DNA of 64,000 bases, taken from the NCBI GenBank assembly GCA_032718475.1, contig JAUCBJ010007275.1:35666-99665 (forward strand), read 5' to 3'. This stretch comes from Nemertoderma westbladi (lineage: Eukaryota > Animalia > Xenacoelomorpha). This document shows positions 51,468 through 64,000 of the stretch, piece after piece. Below the pieces are notes generated by a model. The model did no database searches. It saw only the letters and a program-made list of their open reading frames with translations, and was not told the DNA's origin. The position numbers and the translations under genes were made by a program. Position 1 is the first letter of the stretch. The number at the start of each line of letters is the position of its first letter.

Positions 51468-52620
51468 TATAAAAGCTTTTGCGGACATAACAAGTCATTT
51501 TTTCCCGCAATGCACAGTGTAGGTGCTTTAGCGGACATAACAAGTCATTTTTGCCGCAATGCGTATAATACTCTAAAAGACTGGAGCTCAGATGACGAAA
51601 TCTGTCAGCTGATTTCCTGTATACATGGAACTTTTCTTTGTCCTGCCTAGTCAGCCAATCAGAGCGATTTTCACTTTATGTTGAACAGGGGCCTATAGAA
51701 AACCGCGCGATGCATTACGGTCTTTGTTTACCTTTCTGAGCCAGAGAACCGGCTTGGAAATCTTCTGAACTTCTGATTTTGGAAGTTTCAGACTTTTGGC
51801 CTAAACATCTGATGGCTTTGATTACAAGAACGTAAATCTATTGTCTGGAAACATTACCTGGTTGCATTTACCTGATGAACTCAACATCCTGCATACATAC
51901 TGACTTACATAACACATGCTGATTGTTCACCGCATTATTTTACTTCTGTTATTAATTGTTGTTATATGGATATATATTGCTGATATATTTGGATAATACC
52001 GATGAATAATCATAAAACCCCCAATCTTCTTGATTACTGAAGGTGAGAGGAACAGGTTACCGGTAGCAACTGCGACTTAAATTATAGTGGTTTTGTGTGA
52101 ATTAAATGCTATTTCATAATCCCTACAAGTGTCAGTTGCGATCTTCCTTATATATGATCAAATTCAGTGGCGGTCGGCAGATCAGTGTGCAGTAGGCGTG
52201 AAGTAGTGTGAAGTCGTGTGAAGTAGTGTAACAGATAATAAAGCATCTCCTAAAGAATGCGCTATTTACGAAACTCAGTAGCCATCTAGTTGTGATTAGT
52301 ATAAGTCATAACTCTGTTTTTATACTTAAAGCGCGACGTACTAAAGGAACTGTTAATATTTCCCCGAAAGTAAATATATTTGTCAGAGATTATATAGTAA
52401 CAATCAATCGAATAATACATACTGTATACAGTAGGTCTGCACAGCAATAACTTTCAAAGCACCCGAATCCAGTCTCCCTTAACTGTGGGTGAAAGATCGC
52501 GCACAGACTGGCTTCGGCGGATGTAACTTCAGTACATTAAATAATAGGTCTAGGCTAAAGTCGATTTATAAACAAGAAGACAACTAAAATTGGCAGGTTA
52601 AACTGCTAAAGGTCTAAAAG
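51468..52620 (+). repeat. Element B 3' LTR
   Basis: Direct repeat of 33908-35050. First TG mutated to TA. 10-bp insert at 52422-52431. Confidence 0.93.
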
Positions 52621-54363
52621 ACTGCAGACTGTACGTACAAGCCTAGCCTGATAGCTGCTTAGGCCTACTTCTGTTTTGCCTATCACAGTTTCTCTAACAC
52701 AATATCCCTTTAATTGAATATCAGAATATTCCACCTATCTTTGCCTTGTTTTATTTAATTAATATAGGCGCGTAATAAATTAGAAGAGCTAGATCTGAAA
52801 ACTGATTTATACCGTCTGACCGTGCTATACGGCGCCTACACTTTTCTTTACTGCAATGAAAGCCGGTGTACAGTATCTGGCTGCGTGGGGTTCCAGGACG
52901 ACAGGACGAAGGTCAGAAAAAATGCACAAAACAAAACAAATGCGAATCGCCAGGGCGACATATTTTCCAACTTTTTTGACAATTTTTATATCGCAGTGCA
53001 ACATTATTTCTCAGTATGTCCCTACGCCATACATTTTCATTTTACTATCTATTTCCAGTATGTAACCGCGTCATTACTAGGTTGTTCTAGAAAGTTTGAG
53101 TGCATAACTACAAATAATTCCCCTCAAATAAATAAAAGTAGATCCGTACACAACTAGTACAGTACCACTTTCAAATAACGTCGTATTGGATCCTAATGGA
53201 TCCTATTAGGATCCAAGTCACTGATTCACTACTATTGGAGTTATGATTTAATTGGAAATTAAATTTAGCCCAAATTCCAGACTTGGAGGCACTTAGGATT
53301 TGACTTGGATTTCATTAGGAATTTACTTGGAAATCGGCGCTTACTTTGATGTCTGGAAGGTGGACTGACTCAGACTACGCTTGTGCTGGTCTACTTCTTC
53401 TCTATCCTGTCAATCATTAAGTTGTATAGAATGGACTAGACTCGGCCTAAAGTTTGCGTGGTGTTCAGTTCATTACATTGAGGTATGGTTGTCGATGGAA
53501 GATTACACTCTTACTGTACCTTGTATTGCCAGCCTCTGACGTAAATAATATTTAAAATATAAACTCTAATAGATGAAATCCACACACATCCGCACATAGT
53601 TAACGTCCGTGGGCTGGTGGGCTCTGGAATAATTTAAAATCGTATTGAACTTATACAAATAAATGTAGGATCACATACTGTATTTATTACTATTGAACAT
53701 ATTTTGAGTAATAAAGAGTAAAACAAAATGTTTGTGTAATTATTAATAGAATAAATATTAGTTTATTTTAATTTATTAGTTTAATTAATAATTAGACATG
53801 GGCTAAAACTGGTTGACTAAATAAATGTATGTTATCCACGGGAAATTCATTTCCTATACACATTGACATATGTATACATACTGTATGTACCATACACACT
53901 TACTGATATTTTACTGATTATTGATAGTAACAATGTACCCCTAGATCCCTTCCTATAATAAATATTTTACTGAAACACACAAGTTCCGCATTTAAACATA
54001 ACACCCACAAAGCACATTACACTCTTTTACACTCTCCAAGCAGATTCCGCAACATGTCACATTATTGTCACAATCCGTATCGCTACCACTACGAAAAATA
54101 ATTGACATAACATCCTACCGGAATTAACAGACCCTTATGAGTTTAGTGGCGGTTTGTAACAAACTCAACCTCTTAGCATATTGATATTAATATTAATTAT
54201 AAATTATATTTATTATACCATGGAAATGGTAAAATTGCCAAATCTAAAAAGTTCGCACAATAATTTAAATACAATTATTAAAAGTTTGACTTCCGAATAT
54301 AATCAGTTGAGGCTCACTCAACGTGTTGGCGGGCCTATTTTACACAAGCGGCGATACCTTTAC

Positions 54364-55024
54364 TGTGACGGGATCTATGAGATCCCGACCGGGTTAGACT
54401 TGTATGCGTCACCGTTCTGCTGGGCAGTCGTGCTAGTTCGCTTTGGCCGAAGGCCGTTGGGGAAAACAATAAGAGTTTCTGTTTTTTCTCAATATTGCTC
54501 AATTAACGATAATAGCACTATCAGTCAATCGGTAATGATACAGATGTAATAGCAGAAAATACACAGATTAATTGCTGATGTTAGTGGTGGTGACGGTCAT
54601 TAACTATGACCGGTCTGCAATCAACTGACCGGTAAATCAGTAATGTAGGATAATATATGATTAACACACACGGATATTGATTTCACCTCTTACTGTACTT
54701 GGCCCTCTGTACCCAATGGATGCTTTCCTATCTCTAATCACGTGCTTCCCTCCCCGCTATTGGCTAATATACTAATTGTCACTTTGGCACTCCCTGTGAG
54801 TGTTTCCCCCGCTGCTAGCCTCTACTAGCTGTATTCCCTCAGAGGTGGTTTGACCTCTCACCTCTCTCTGTGGCTTTGGGGCTTGTGTCGCCCCCCCCCC
54901 CCCCCCCCCAATGTTGGTTATGAGACGAGATTAATATTGGTAATCTCGTATCCCCAACTTATTGGTAAAATCCCACTGGTCCCATTTTCTGGTGGGTAAT
55001 GAAGTGGAATTGAATCCGCTTACA
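54364..55024 (-). repeat. Candidate 3' LTR of the minus-strand BEL/Pao element (left boundary uncertain)
   Basis: TTACA ending at 55024 is followed by CTCCCCCCCC (a PPT on the minus strand). The left TG could be 54364 or 54155. No partner LTR in the window. Confidence 0.35.
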
Positions 55025-55649
55025 CTCCCCCCCCATGCTATCTTCCCGGTGAGAAGATAGCATCAACCTTAAGTGCGCTTCAATTCCGCTGGAACCCAAT
55101 CTAATATCGGGTGTGGGGTGGAGTTCTTTTCTCGGGGTCGGCTTTCCAGGCCGCCCCCCCTGGGTATGTTATTACTACCCCTCCTTGGTGCAATCGCGAG
55201 CTATGTTGCACCAAGGTATCTGGCGTCTCTACAATTGTGCTCTCTCTTCACACAATTTTTCGCAACCTCTCTCTGATCTCACTCTCGGACCCCTCTGTCC
55301 CTTACTCTCTCTCTCGTGGACCTCGTTGTCCCTTACTCTCTCTCTCTCACGGACCTTGTTGTCCCTTACTCTTTCTCTTACTGCTCGCACCCCACACTTG
55401 AATTGCACTCCTCTCACTCCTACGCATGTCAACACCTCCTCTCCATGCTTCCCCCCGTTCTCCTATACTCAGCCGATGATTGTTCGGCTGTCCGTCCCCT
55501 CCTGTCAGGCTCCCACATTCTCGTCAGTGTTTGATCAGGCACTTGAGAAATGGGATCCGTCTAGTGTCTCGTCCTCATGTCATAGTCAATTCGTCAATAA
55601 AGTATTTTTTTTATGTTCCCCCCTATCTCTGCTATTATCATATCTACCT

Positions 55650-56085
55650 TTCTACTTACTACAACTTCTAACTCTTATGGTACTACGTATCCTACTACTA
55701 CTCCTATGGTATACCTATATACCATATTCTACTCTCTTACTATGTGGCGCTCTCGGTGCCCACAACTTCTAATTCCTATGGTACTATGTACCCTACTACT
55801 TCTATGGTATACCTACATACCATACTCTCTACTCTCTTACTACGTGGCGCTCTCGGTGCACACATCTTCTGACTCTCCCAGTACTATGTACCCTACTACT
55901 AATCTCGTGGTATGTCAATATACCACACTCCCTATTCTCTAACTTCTAACTCTCCTCTTACTCTTACTAACTTCTAAGTAACTTTCTAACTTCTTACTTC
56001 TTACTAACTCCTACTAACTTCTAACTAACTTTCTAACTTCTAACTTCTTACTAACTTCTAACTAACTTTCTAACTTTCTTCTATC
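55650..56085. repeat. Low-complexity tandem repeats (CTAACTT-type and ~100-bp units) in the 3' region of the minus-strand element
   Basis: Repeated TAACTTCT(TAC) and CTATGGTACTA.GTA.CCTACTACT...GTGGCGCTCTCGGTGC blocks. Confidence 0.7.
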
Positions 56086-56130
56086 TCGCTTCTTATTTTA
56101 TTATTTGCTTATTATTTTTTTTATATTTTT

Positions 56131-59100
56131 GTGTGGGAAGGGCGTCTCTCCCTCATTTCCACCCCCTCAGTCCAACATATTGGACGACCAAACTCAAAGG
56201 TGCTCCTTCCAATAGCCAGCACTTTCCCACAGCCCTCCTGTAGGTCTTCCTATCTTTGGCTCCTATCTTGCCTCCTATTCTCACTTCCACCGACCGGACT
56301 CTTCCGTCCCCGTCGGGATAAGTATCTACCACTCTCGCTAGTCTCCATTGGTTATTGATAATTGTGTCGTCTGTGAAGATTATCAAGTCACCCTTCTTCA
56401 GCTCCCTATTGGTGTTTCTCCACTTACTTCACCTATGTAACGTCGGAAGATATTCCTCTACCCATATCCTCCAATACTCAGCACTTATTGCCTTGGCTAC
56501 TTTCCAACTTTGACGGAAATGTATGTCATCTGGGTCTACACCCCGCATGTCGATGTTCGCCGGCCTCTCCATCAGAAAGTGTCCCGGTGTTAACACGTCC
56601 AGTGATTCCGGGTCGTCATTCTCCGGATATAGCGGCCTGCTATTAATGATTCCTTCGCATTTGGCTAGCACCGTTCTTAATATGTCCTCTGTGACAATGT
56701 GGGTGTTCATCAGCTTGGACATTAAATGATTAGAACTTCCAACAAGTCTCTCTACACATCCTAACGTATGTGGCGCTTTACTTGCTGTCTCCTCATGGCC
56801 GCCCTGACATCGTCTCCCTCTAGGATGTCAAAGGCCTCGGCCAACTCGTTCTCCACTCCACGAAGTTGGTCCCGTTAAACCGTGATTGTTCCCCCTTTGC
56901 GGTTTACAAATCTTTCTAAGGCATTAATAAATGCTGATGCCATAGCGTCCTGCGCAATTTCTATTCCTACCGCTCTCGTGTTGTTGCATACGAAGATAAT
57001 GCCGTAGCGTTTCTTTGTGTGTCGCATCACCTTTATCTTAATTGGCCCGAACATGTCCATGCCGCAGTGCGCGTATGGCGGGTCGTGTTGTCTCACTCTA
57101 TTGGCCGGTAATGGCACCATCTCCTGTACGGCCCTCTCCTTTCTCGTCCGTCAGCAGGTCTGGCACTGCCCCACTACCGCCTTCACCTTCTTTCTAAGTT
57201 GTGTGATCCAGAATGTCCTTCGTATCTCTGTGAGGGTCTGATTCGTGCCTCCGTGTAGTATCGACTAATGCGAGTCCCAAATGATCTGGTGGACTATCGG
57301 TGATTTATTAGGGATTATTAAGGGTTTTGGTGGGATAACTAAGCTGTTGTTGTTCACCACTCTGGAATTCATCACCAGAATCCCGTCGTCGTTCAACTGC
57401 GGGGACAGCGTGTTGAGTTCGCTGTCTCGACGAAGGTGTTGTTGCTTGCTGATTCTGAACACTTCGTTGGCGTACTTCTTTCCTTGCTCGTATCATATTG
57501 CGGCTTTAGCCGCTCCTTCCAGATCGACGGTTGGTTTCCTTTTGGCATCCTTGCCAACTCCCCTAAGGAAATCCCCGTAGGCCCTCCAATACACTACCAA
57601 CTTCTTAGTCTTGTACCAGCTGGAGCTGTAACTGAGCAACCTGTCCGTCGGATTATCGCATGGTTATTCTGATTTCGGTGGCACTTCCTTGATCTCCCTC
57701 ACCAACTGGCTGTATATCTCTTCCCCTCCTGAATCCTCCCACTCTTCTTCTGCTACTACTTCCTCTGAGCCCGGGTCCACCTTCCTCATTGGTGGCCAGG
57801 CTGATCTATCATTCAGGAAGTGTGGCCCGTGCTGCCACAACTCTTCCTTCTTTGAGAAAGTGTGGCGTGCCACGCCCCTCGATAACTATCTCCCTGTTAA
57901 TATTGTTGTGTTCTAGAATATTTATTATAGTTTCATCGTATTGCCAAAGCGGCTCGGCTGGAGCCAAAGTTAATATGTAATGCAATAATTCACCTCAAAT
58001 TTCTCAGCTATTTCATGAATATAATGAGTATTAAATCCTTGTCAAAATCCTTGACCTTTCTAGGTCAGTCGTCGCCCTTATCTCGTCTATCCTATTCGCG
58101 ACGAAAATAGGGTATCTCGTCTTCTCGTTATGTAGCCACCCTAGCACTACCATGGAGTCCGTCCAGTAGTGTGTCTCCACTATGTTGGGTATAGTGTCCA
58201 TCAAGTAAGCTGTGGCCCTTACTCCTAACCTCGCAGCTGTCAGCTCGAGTTTTGGCACTGACGCTGAATCTGGTGGCATCGACTTTGCTTTACTAAATGC
58301 AAGTCTGGGCTTATGAGCCCCCTTTCGCTGTACCAAATAAAGTGCCGCTCCATATGCTTCTAAAGATGCATCGGAGAACATGTGTAGATCCAGGTCCGTC
58401 ATGTCTCCGTCCGGGAAATACACGCGTGGCATGCTATACGTCCCCATCTGCTCCAGACTCCCCGTCCACTTACTCCACTGTTTACTTATTTCTTCCGGGA
58501 CCTCCGTATCCCACTCATCCTTTAACTTGTATACTTTCTTTAGTATCTGTTTCCCTGTGACTAACAATGGGGATGCTAGGCCTAGGGGATCGTATATCCT
58601 TGCTATGTATGATACAAAGCCCCACTTAGTGTGGATCTCTGCACCCTCTTGGCTCAGTTGATACTCCAACTCGTCTGTCTCATGGTTCCACACGATCCCT
58701 AGCGCCTTCTGCTGAGACTCCACTCTCTTGTTCACCATATCCTGTCCCTTTGCTGTTGTGGGGTTGTCCATGGTCGACTCTGGTCATTTGTCTTCTATGG
58801 CCTTCATGAATTCCTCGGAGCTGGACTGGAACTTAGTCAGGTTGAACCCAGATCCTTTTAGGATGTCGCGAACCTCGCGCCCTATCTCCAGTATTTCTTC
58901 AACCGTGTTTCCAGATCCCATCCCCATCGTCTACATAGAAACCACGTCGAATCATGTCGATCGCCTTCGCACTATACTCTCCTTCTTTGCCCTCTACCGT
59001 ATCTCTCACAGCCATAGTCGTTGTAAATGAGGATGACTTGGCCCCCATGTTTTGCACCACCATTTTGTACATCGGTATCGCAGACGGTTCTTCGTCGCCG

Positions 59101-61461
59101 TTGTACCATAGGAAGCGCTGACTGTCGCTGTCCTCTTCTGTCACATGGACTTGGTTGAACATACCTCCAATGTCGCACGTGAAGGCTTGCCTCCCATTCC
59201 TGAATCTCAACAGGACCTCCATCCCCGAATTATATATGTTGGGGCCCTCCAGCAGATAGTCGTTTAGGCTCTTGCCATTCGTTTTGGCCGACGCGTTGAC
59301 CACCATCCGCAGTTTACCCTTCTTTGGGTCTAGAGCCACGTGCAGTGGCAGATAGTAGGTTCTGTCCGTGTTTGGCTCGTCGACCGGTAACTCCACGGCC
59401 CATCCCTTCTCAACGTTTATCCTGATCGTCCTGTGGTTGTACTCGTCCTTCTCGGGGCTCCGTCTGAATGTCTGCTTCAGTTTGCGAAGCCTCGTGAGTA
59501 CCATCCCTTTGTTGTCTGGCAATGGTAGTTTTGGTTGTTTTCACACCATTCCTATGGTGTACCGTCCCCCTTCGCACTTCATCGACTCTCTTTACGCTCT
59601 CTTCTACTGAGGTTCCGACCCCGGCCTCCTTCAATCCTTCGAAGTCCTGCTTCAGCAGCCGCTTAAGCTGCTCCTCTGCTCCTTCATCCTCCATCTCCCT
59701 CATTGTCCCTGCGAACATGCACCCTGATGTCTCCGACACCCTGAATGGAATTTTGGTTTTAATTGGGCTGCTAAGCGTCCATCCAAACGGCGTGAGAATC
59801 GCCATTGGATCGCACGCCTGTTCTCTCCGAATATGGTCCGTACTCTCTCGTGGGCCGTCGGACAATCCATTCCCATTATGATGGATATTTTCGGGACGCC
59901 CAGTTCCGGTATTGAGAAATCGATATTGTCCAGGAACCGGTATTGCTCGACCTCGATCCTATTGGGTCTCCTGGCGTTTATATTAATCAATTCTATAATC
60001 TGAATAGGGTCGATGGTCGCCCCATAATCACATCCTGGTGCTATTGCTGATATTTCGCACCTTCCCATCCCCATCTCCAGGACCTCATCCTTGCTCGAGA
60101 TAGTAGTTACCGCCATCCTACTCGGCCTCGTTTGTAACCTTATCTCCTCGGCAACCCAATTCTCCACCAGCGTGAAGGCTGCTCCGCTGTCAACCAGCAT
60201 CAATGTCGTAACCAATCGACCGCTTTCTCCCATCACCCTCACTGGTACCACCCTGAGTACTACCGTTCCCCTTATCTTCGCTCCTATGGTGCTTGTCGCC
60301 ATTGTTTGTCCTTTGCCTTGACCGAATCTTATTGGTGTCTCCTTACACTCTTCAACCCTGTGTCCTCCTACCACACATCGGTGAAAAATTCCATTCTTAT
60401 CAGCGTAGGCTATCCGATCTTGTTCGAGTAGCACCTGCCAATGCTTACAGTCCATGGTCTTATGGGTTCCATTTTTATGCAATTAACATTTGTATCCTGG
60501 TTTGTAACATTCCTTGTATAGCCCTACACGTATTGCGCGTAGATTCACATCTATCAGTTTAGTGTTTTGGTTATTTGGATTTGGCCTACTGGGTGTGTTG
60601 GGATTATATTTGTTCGTGTTATTATTTTGTCCCTGTTCGTGCCACGGTGTGGCCCTACTCCCAGCTATCTGTGGATTTGCAGCCCCTGTGTCGCCGCGTA
60701 TGGTAGTGACTGTCTTAATTTTGGTAACGCATTTGCCGCACTATATTCTTGTTTCGGCCTGTTGTATTCGGTCTTTGGCGCCTTTCCCAGGCTATCCTCG
60801 CTGTAGACTAGGTCTGTGATTAGTTCTGCTTCGTAATTGAGGAAGTTCAACATTTCCTCTAGGCCTGGTTCCGCACCTTTCTTCTCCCGGGTGGAGAAGA
60901 CGATCTTCCTCCACTTATTTCTTAGCCAGATTGGCAGTGCCTGCGCTATCGTGGTGATGTTATTCGATGCGTTGAGTTCGTAAGGCGCATCCAAGGTCTT
61001 CAGCACAATCAGCGTCTTTTCGACTTTATTCGCAAAAGTCTTGATGCTGAAGTCTTGAGGCTTGATGCCTGTAGGCCACCTGATGTTATTCCACTCAAGG
61101 TCTTCCGGATGATCTTGGCAGGGTGTCCGTACTCTCTGTCTAGGGCCCGCCATCCAGTCGTGAATCCACCCTCGATACCTTGATACTGCCTTACGATGTC
61201 GTACGCTGGGCCCCCTGTGTAAACTTGTAAATATTTTAGGCACTCCGCCTGTGTCAGATTCTTTGTTAATATTTCATTACTGTATATGCGTCGGAATTGC
61301 AGATATTCCTACATTCTGCTTCCATCGAATTTAAACGGCTCCACTGGTGGCAGCCCGATCCTGGACTTAAGGGCATCGATGAGTGTTGCCATTCCCATCG
61401 CCTGTACTTCTAGTGGGCTCGATGGATGCTGTACAGACTCTCCTGTTGCTGGGTGCGGTTC
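56131..61461 (-). mobile_element. Decayed BEL/Pao retrotransposon of a different family (gag-pol pseudogene)
   Basis: Fragments PFKFDG (gag), LVDSGA (protease), FYVDD (RT), MFSDAS/PKLEL/YWTDS (Pao RNase H), GMDMFGP, INSRPL, LTPGHFL, WRLARV (integrase/DUF5641). Many frameshifts. Confidence 0.9.
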
Positions 61462-64000
61462 TATAGTGGTGGCCGGTGCCCCCCCCCCTTTTCCCCTAGG
61501 ATATATATAGAGAGACTTTACCGGTACCACAGGACTGATCTGTACTATATAGATATTTGGTTTTATTATCTTGAGTCTGCATGTGTGCGGTAGCTAGCCA
61601 CTTCTGACCGTCTGTTATTATTATCGAAATAACATTGATAGATACTTTAACATTCATACTTATTATTTTATATATATTTATATTATTTATTATTTATATT
61701 TATATATATTTAAGGAAAAATCGATTAGGGATTACCAGCAGCCCACTGACTACCACAGCCTTCGGCGCTTCCTTGGGATGATTGGATTTTATCGGCGATT
61801 CATTCCGTATTACACCGCGATTATACTGCCTCTCCAACGCCTCATAAGAGTGTCTCAGCCAAAGCGGGGCGGTTCATCCCCGTACGAGTGGACTTCAGCA
61901 CATGACAAATCCTTCATTGCTATCAAGAACGCCCTGGTGGATGCAGTCACATTAGCCCACCCATCTAAAGATCCAGAGGTGGAACTCACTCTCACCACAG
62001 ACGCATCATCCACAACAATAGCAGGTGTTTTACACCAAATCGTTAACAACAAACCGGAACCACTTGGCTTTTTCAATAAAGGCCTCAACGACCAACAATC
62101 AACTCTCTCAGCGTTCGACCGCGAGTTACTCGCCGTATACAAATCAGTCGAACACTTTCGCCACATAATCGACGGGCGCCGCGTAACAGTGTTCACCGAC
62201 CACAAACCAATCGCCGTTGCATTTAGTCACAAATCACATGTTGGGAAAACACCTAAACAACAGCGCCAGCTCTCTTATATAAGCGAATTCATCACCGATA
62301 TTCTACACATATCAGGGGCTGATAATGTAGTAGCCGACGCGCTATCTAGAGTCCCAGCCGAACCTCTATCAATTCACGCAGTCGAAACAGATACATGGGG
62401 CTTGAAAGAAATAGCCGAAGCTCAAACACGATGTGAAGAGATAAATAAGCTTCCCACCGATACATCAATCAAACTGAAATCATTTCAATTGAGAGATGGC
62501 TCCGTACTGTGGTGTGATGTTTCACAAGAATCGCCCAGACCATTTGTTCCCGTAAAACTCCGATCACAAATATTTAGTGAATTACACAACCTCAGCCACC
62601 CAGGCCGCAAAGCCACGACCAATTTAATTTGTTCTCGATTTGTTTGGCCCAGAATGCGAGGCGAAATAGCATTATGGTGTAAAGAATGTATGAATTGCCA
62701 GAGGAGCAAAGTCGATAAACACACTAAAGCACAATTCCAAGTATTCGATGAACCATCATCGCGATTCACCACAGTCCATATGGACATCGTAGGGCCTTTA
62801 CCTATCTCCGAATCTCATCTCGGTAGTACTTCGCCTTACCGATACATCGTCACATTCGTAGACCGATATACACGATGGACAGAAGCAACTCCCACCGATA
62901 GTATTCTAGCGGAAGACATTGCTCACATCTTCGTCGATACTTGGTTCAGCCGGTTCGGAACACCACTTCAGCTGGTTACCGATCGAGGACCACAGTTCGA
63001 AAGCGCACTCTTTGCTGAAATATCTACGATTATCGGTTTCCACCGACTAAGGATAACAGCCTACCACCCACAGGCCAATGGTTTCATAGAACGCCGTCAC
63101 CGAACCTTTAAAAGTGCTATACGAGCCCGCGGTACAGATTGGATCAGATCTCTTCCCCTGGTTCTATTCGGAATGCGCATTCATACTACGGATGAGTTCC
63201 CGAGTCCGTTCGAGATGGTTACTGGAACCCGCCCTTTAATACCCAGTTTAGCTCTCACATCGCAACGAGCCCATCTGTCTTCAACAGAAGCAAAAAACTT
63301 CCTAGGGAGACTACGCGAGAATATGGCAGAGATGGAATTTCGACCTCCGCGAGTACCGGCACAACAGCGAACTTACATGCCAGCAGGATTAGAAAGCTGC
63401 TACCGAGTTTGGGTTCGGGTAGATAGAGTGAAGCGCTCCCTAGAAGCCCCGTACACCGGCCCCTACGTTGTACTGGAACGACATCCCAAATTCTATGTTC
63501 TGCAGAATGGCAAGCACAAAGATACTGTGAGCATCGACCGATTAAAACCAGTTTACGAGGGTGTATCTAAACCAGTAAAATCGAGGAAGGAAGATATTAC
63601 CGAAACTCAGACCAATGGTCCGGTCTCAAACCATCCACGTCCAAAACCCACCAAAACAGTCAGTTTTGATGATAACGTACTGTACTGTTCATGACTATCG
63701 AGTAATACGTAACCTAGCAGCAATTCGTTTTTTTTTTAGTTATTGTTTTATAATTCGTTTAGGATTTTACCATATTATTTGCTTTGTGTTTGTTATATTG
63801 CACGCTCCGCGTCTAGGCGGGGGAGTCTATAGTGGTGGCCGGTGCCCCCCCCCCCCCCCCCCTTTTTCCCCTAGAATATATATATAGAGAGACTTTACCG
63901 GTACCACAGGACTGATCTGTACTATATAGATATTCGTTTTATTATCTTGAGTCTGCATGTGTGCGGTAGCTAGCCACTTCTGACCGTCTGTTATTATTAT
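61462..64000 (+). mobile_element. Internally deleted Gypsy/Ty3 element inserted into the gag of the minus-strand BEL element
   Basis: Direct repeats TATAGTGGTGGCCGGTGCCCCC... start at 61462 and 63828; the second runs off the window. PPT AGGCGGGGGAG precedes the second. Only the 3' half of pol lies between them. Confidence 0.85.
61778..63694 (+). CDS. Gypsy pol C-terminal half: RT thumb/connection, RNase H, integrase (HHCC, DDE, GPY/F)
   Basis: GFYRRFIP, TTDAS, DRELLAV, FTDHKP, NVVADALSR, H-H-C-C, HMDIVGP, TDRGPQF, YHPQANGFIER, PYTGPY, VSIDRLKP. Confidence 0.92.
   Translation: MIGFYRRFIPYYTAIILPLQRLIRVSQPKRGGSSPYEWTSAHDKSFIAIKNALVDAVTLAHPSKDPEVELTLTTDASSTTIAGVLHQIVNNKPEPLGFFNKGLNDQQSTLSAFDRELLAVYKSVEHFRHIIDGRRVTVFTDHKPIAVAFSHKSHVGKTPKQQRQLSYISEFITDILHISGADNVVADALSRVPAEPLSIHAVETDTWGLKEIAEAQTRCEEINKLPTDTSIKLKSFQLRDGSVLWCDVSQESPRPFVPVKLRSQIFSELHNLSHPGRKATTNLICSRFVWPRMRGEIALWCKECMNCQRSKVDKHTKAQFQVFDEPSSRFTTVHMDIVGPLPISESHLGSTSPYRYIVTFVDRYTRWTEATPTDSILAEDIAHIFVDTWFSRFGTPLQLVTDRGPQFESALFAEISTIIGFHRLRITAYHPQANGFIERRHRTFKSAIRARGTDWIRSLPLVLFGMRIHTTDEFPSPFEMVTGTRPLIPSLALTSQRAHLSSTEAKNFLGRLRENMAEMEFRPPRVPAQQRTYMPAGLESCYRVWVRVDRVKRSLEAPYTGPYVVLERHPKFYVLQNGKHKDTVSIDRLKPVYEGVSKPVKSRKEDITETQTNGPVSNHPRPKPTKTVSFDDNVLYCS

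Larger units (their letters stand above)
33908..52634 (+). mobile_element. Element B: ~18.7-kb BEL/Pao LTR retrotransposon, a diverged sister of A
   Basis: LTRs 33908-35058 and 51468-~52620. Same organisation as A. Candidate TSD GTACA (33903-33907, 52635-52639). The last 8 nt of the 3' LTR are replaced by 14 unrelated nt. Confidence 0.93.

Noticed and set aside
55073-55942. Cluster of overlapping ORFs of up to 219 aa
   Set aside because: Pyrimidine-rich low-complexity repeats with few stop codons; no protein-like features.

Overview
AT-rich, repeat-dominated eukaryotic (probably invertebrate animal) DNA. The only host gene is the 5' part of an STK11IP-like LRR gene running off the left edge on the minus strand. 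Most of the window is two related giant BEL/Pao LTR retrotransposons on the + strand: element A (13618-29671, TSD GATTA) and element B (33908-~52634). There is also a decayed minus-strand BEL/Pao element interrupted by an internally deleted Gypsy, LINE fragments and nested MITEs. Elements A and B have two unusual shared features. (1) Neither has a tRNA-type PBS. The 11 nt directly after the 5' LTR pair with an 11-mer inside the element's own LTR, and the pairing is kept between A and B by three compensatory base-pair changes, which points to Tf1-like self-priming in a BEL/Pao element. (2) At the position where env would sit there is a ~1200-aa ORF3 with a DEDDy-type (WRN/EXD/Mut-7-like) 3'-5' exonuclease motif set, zinc knuckles and a basic tail, preceded by a long conserved structured spacer. 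All alignments and foldings were done by eye; novelty against the literature and databases has not been checked.
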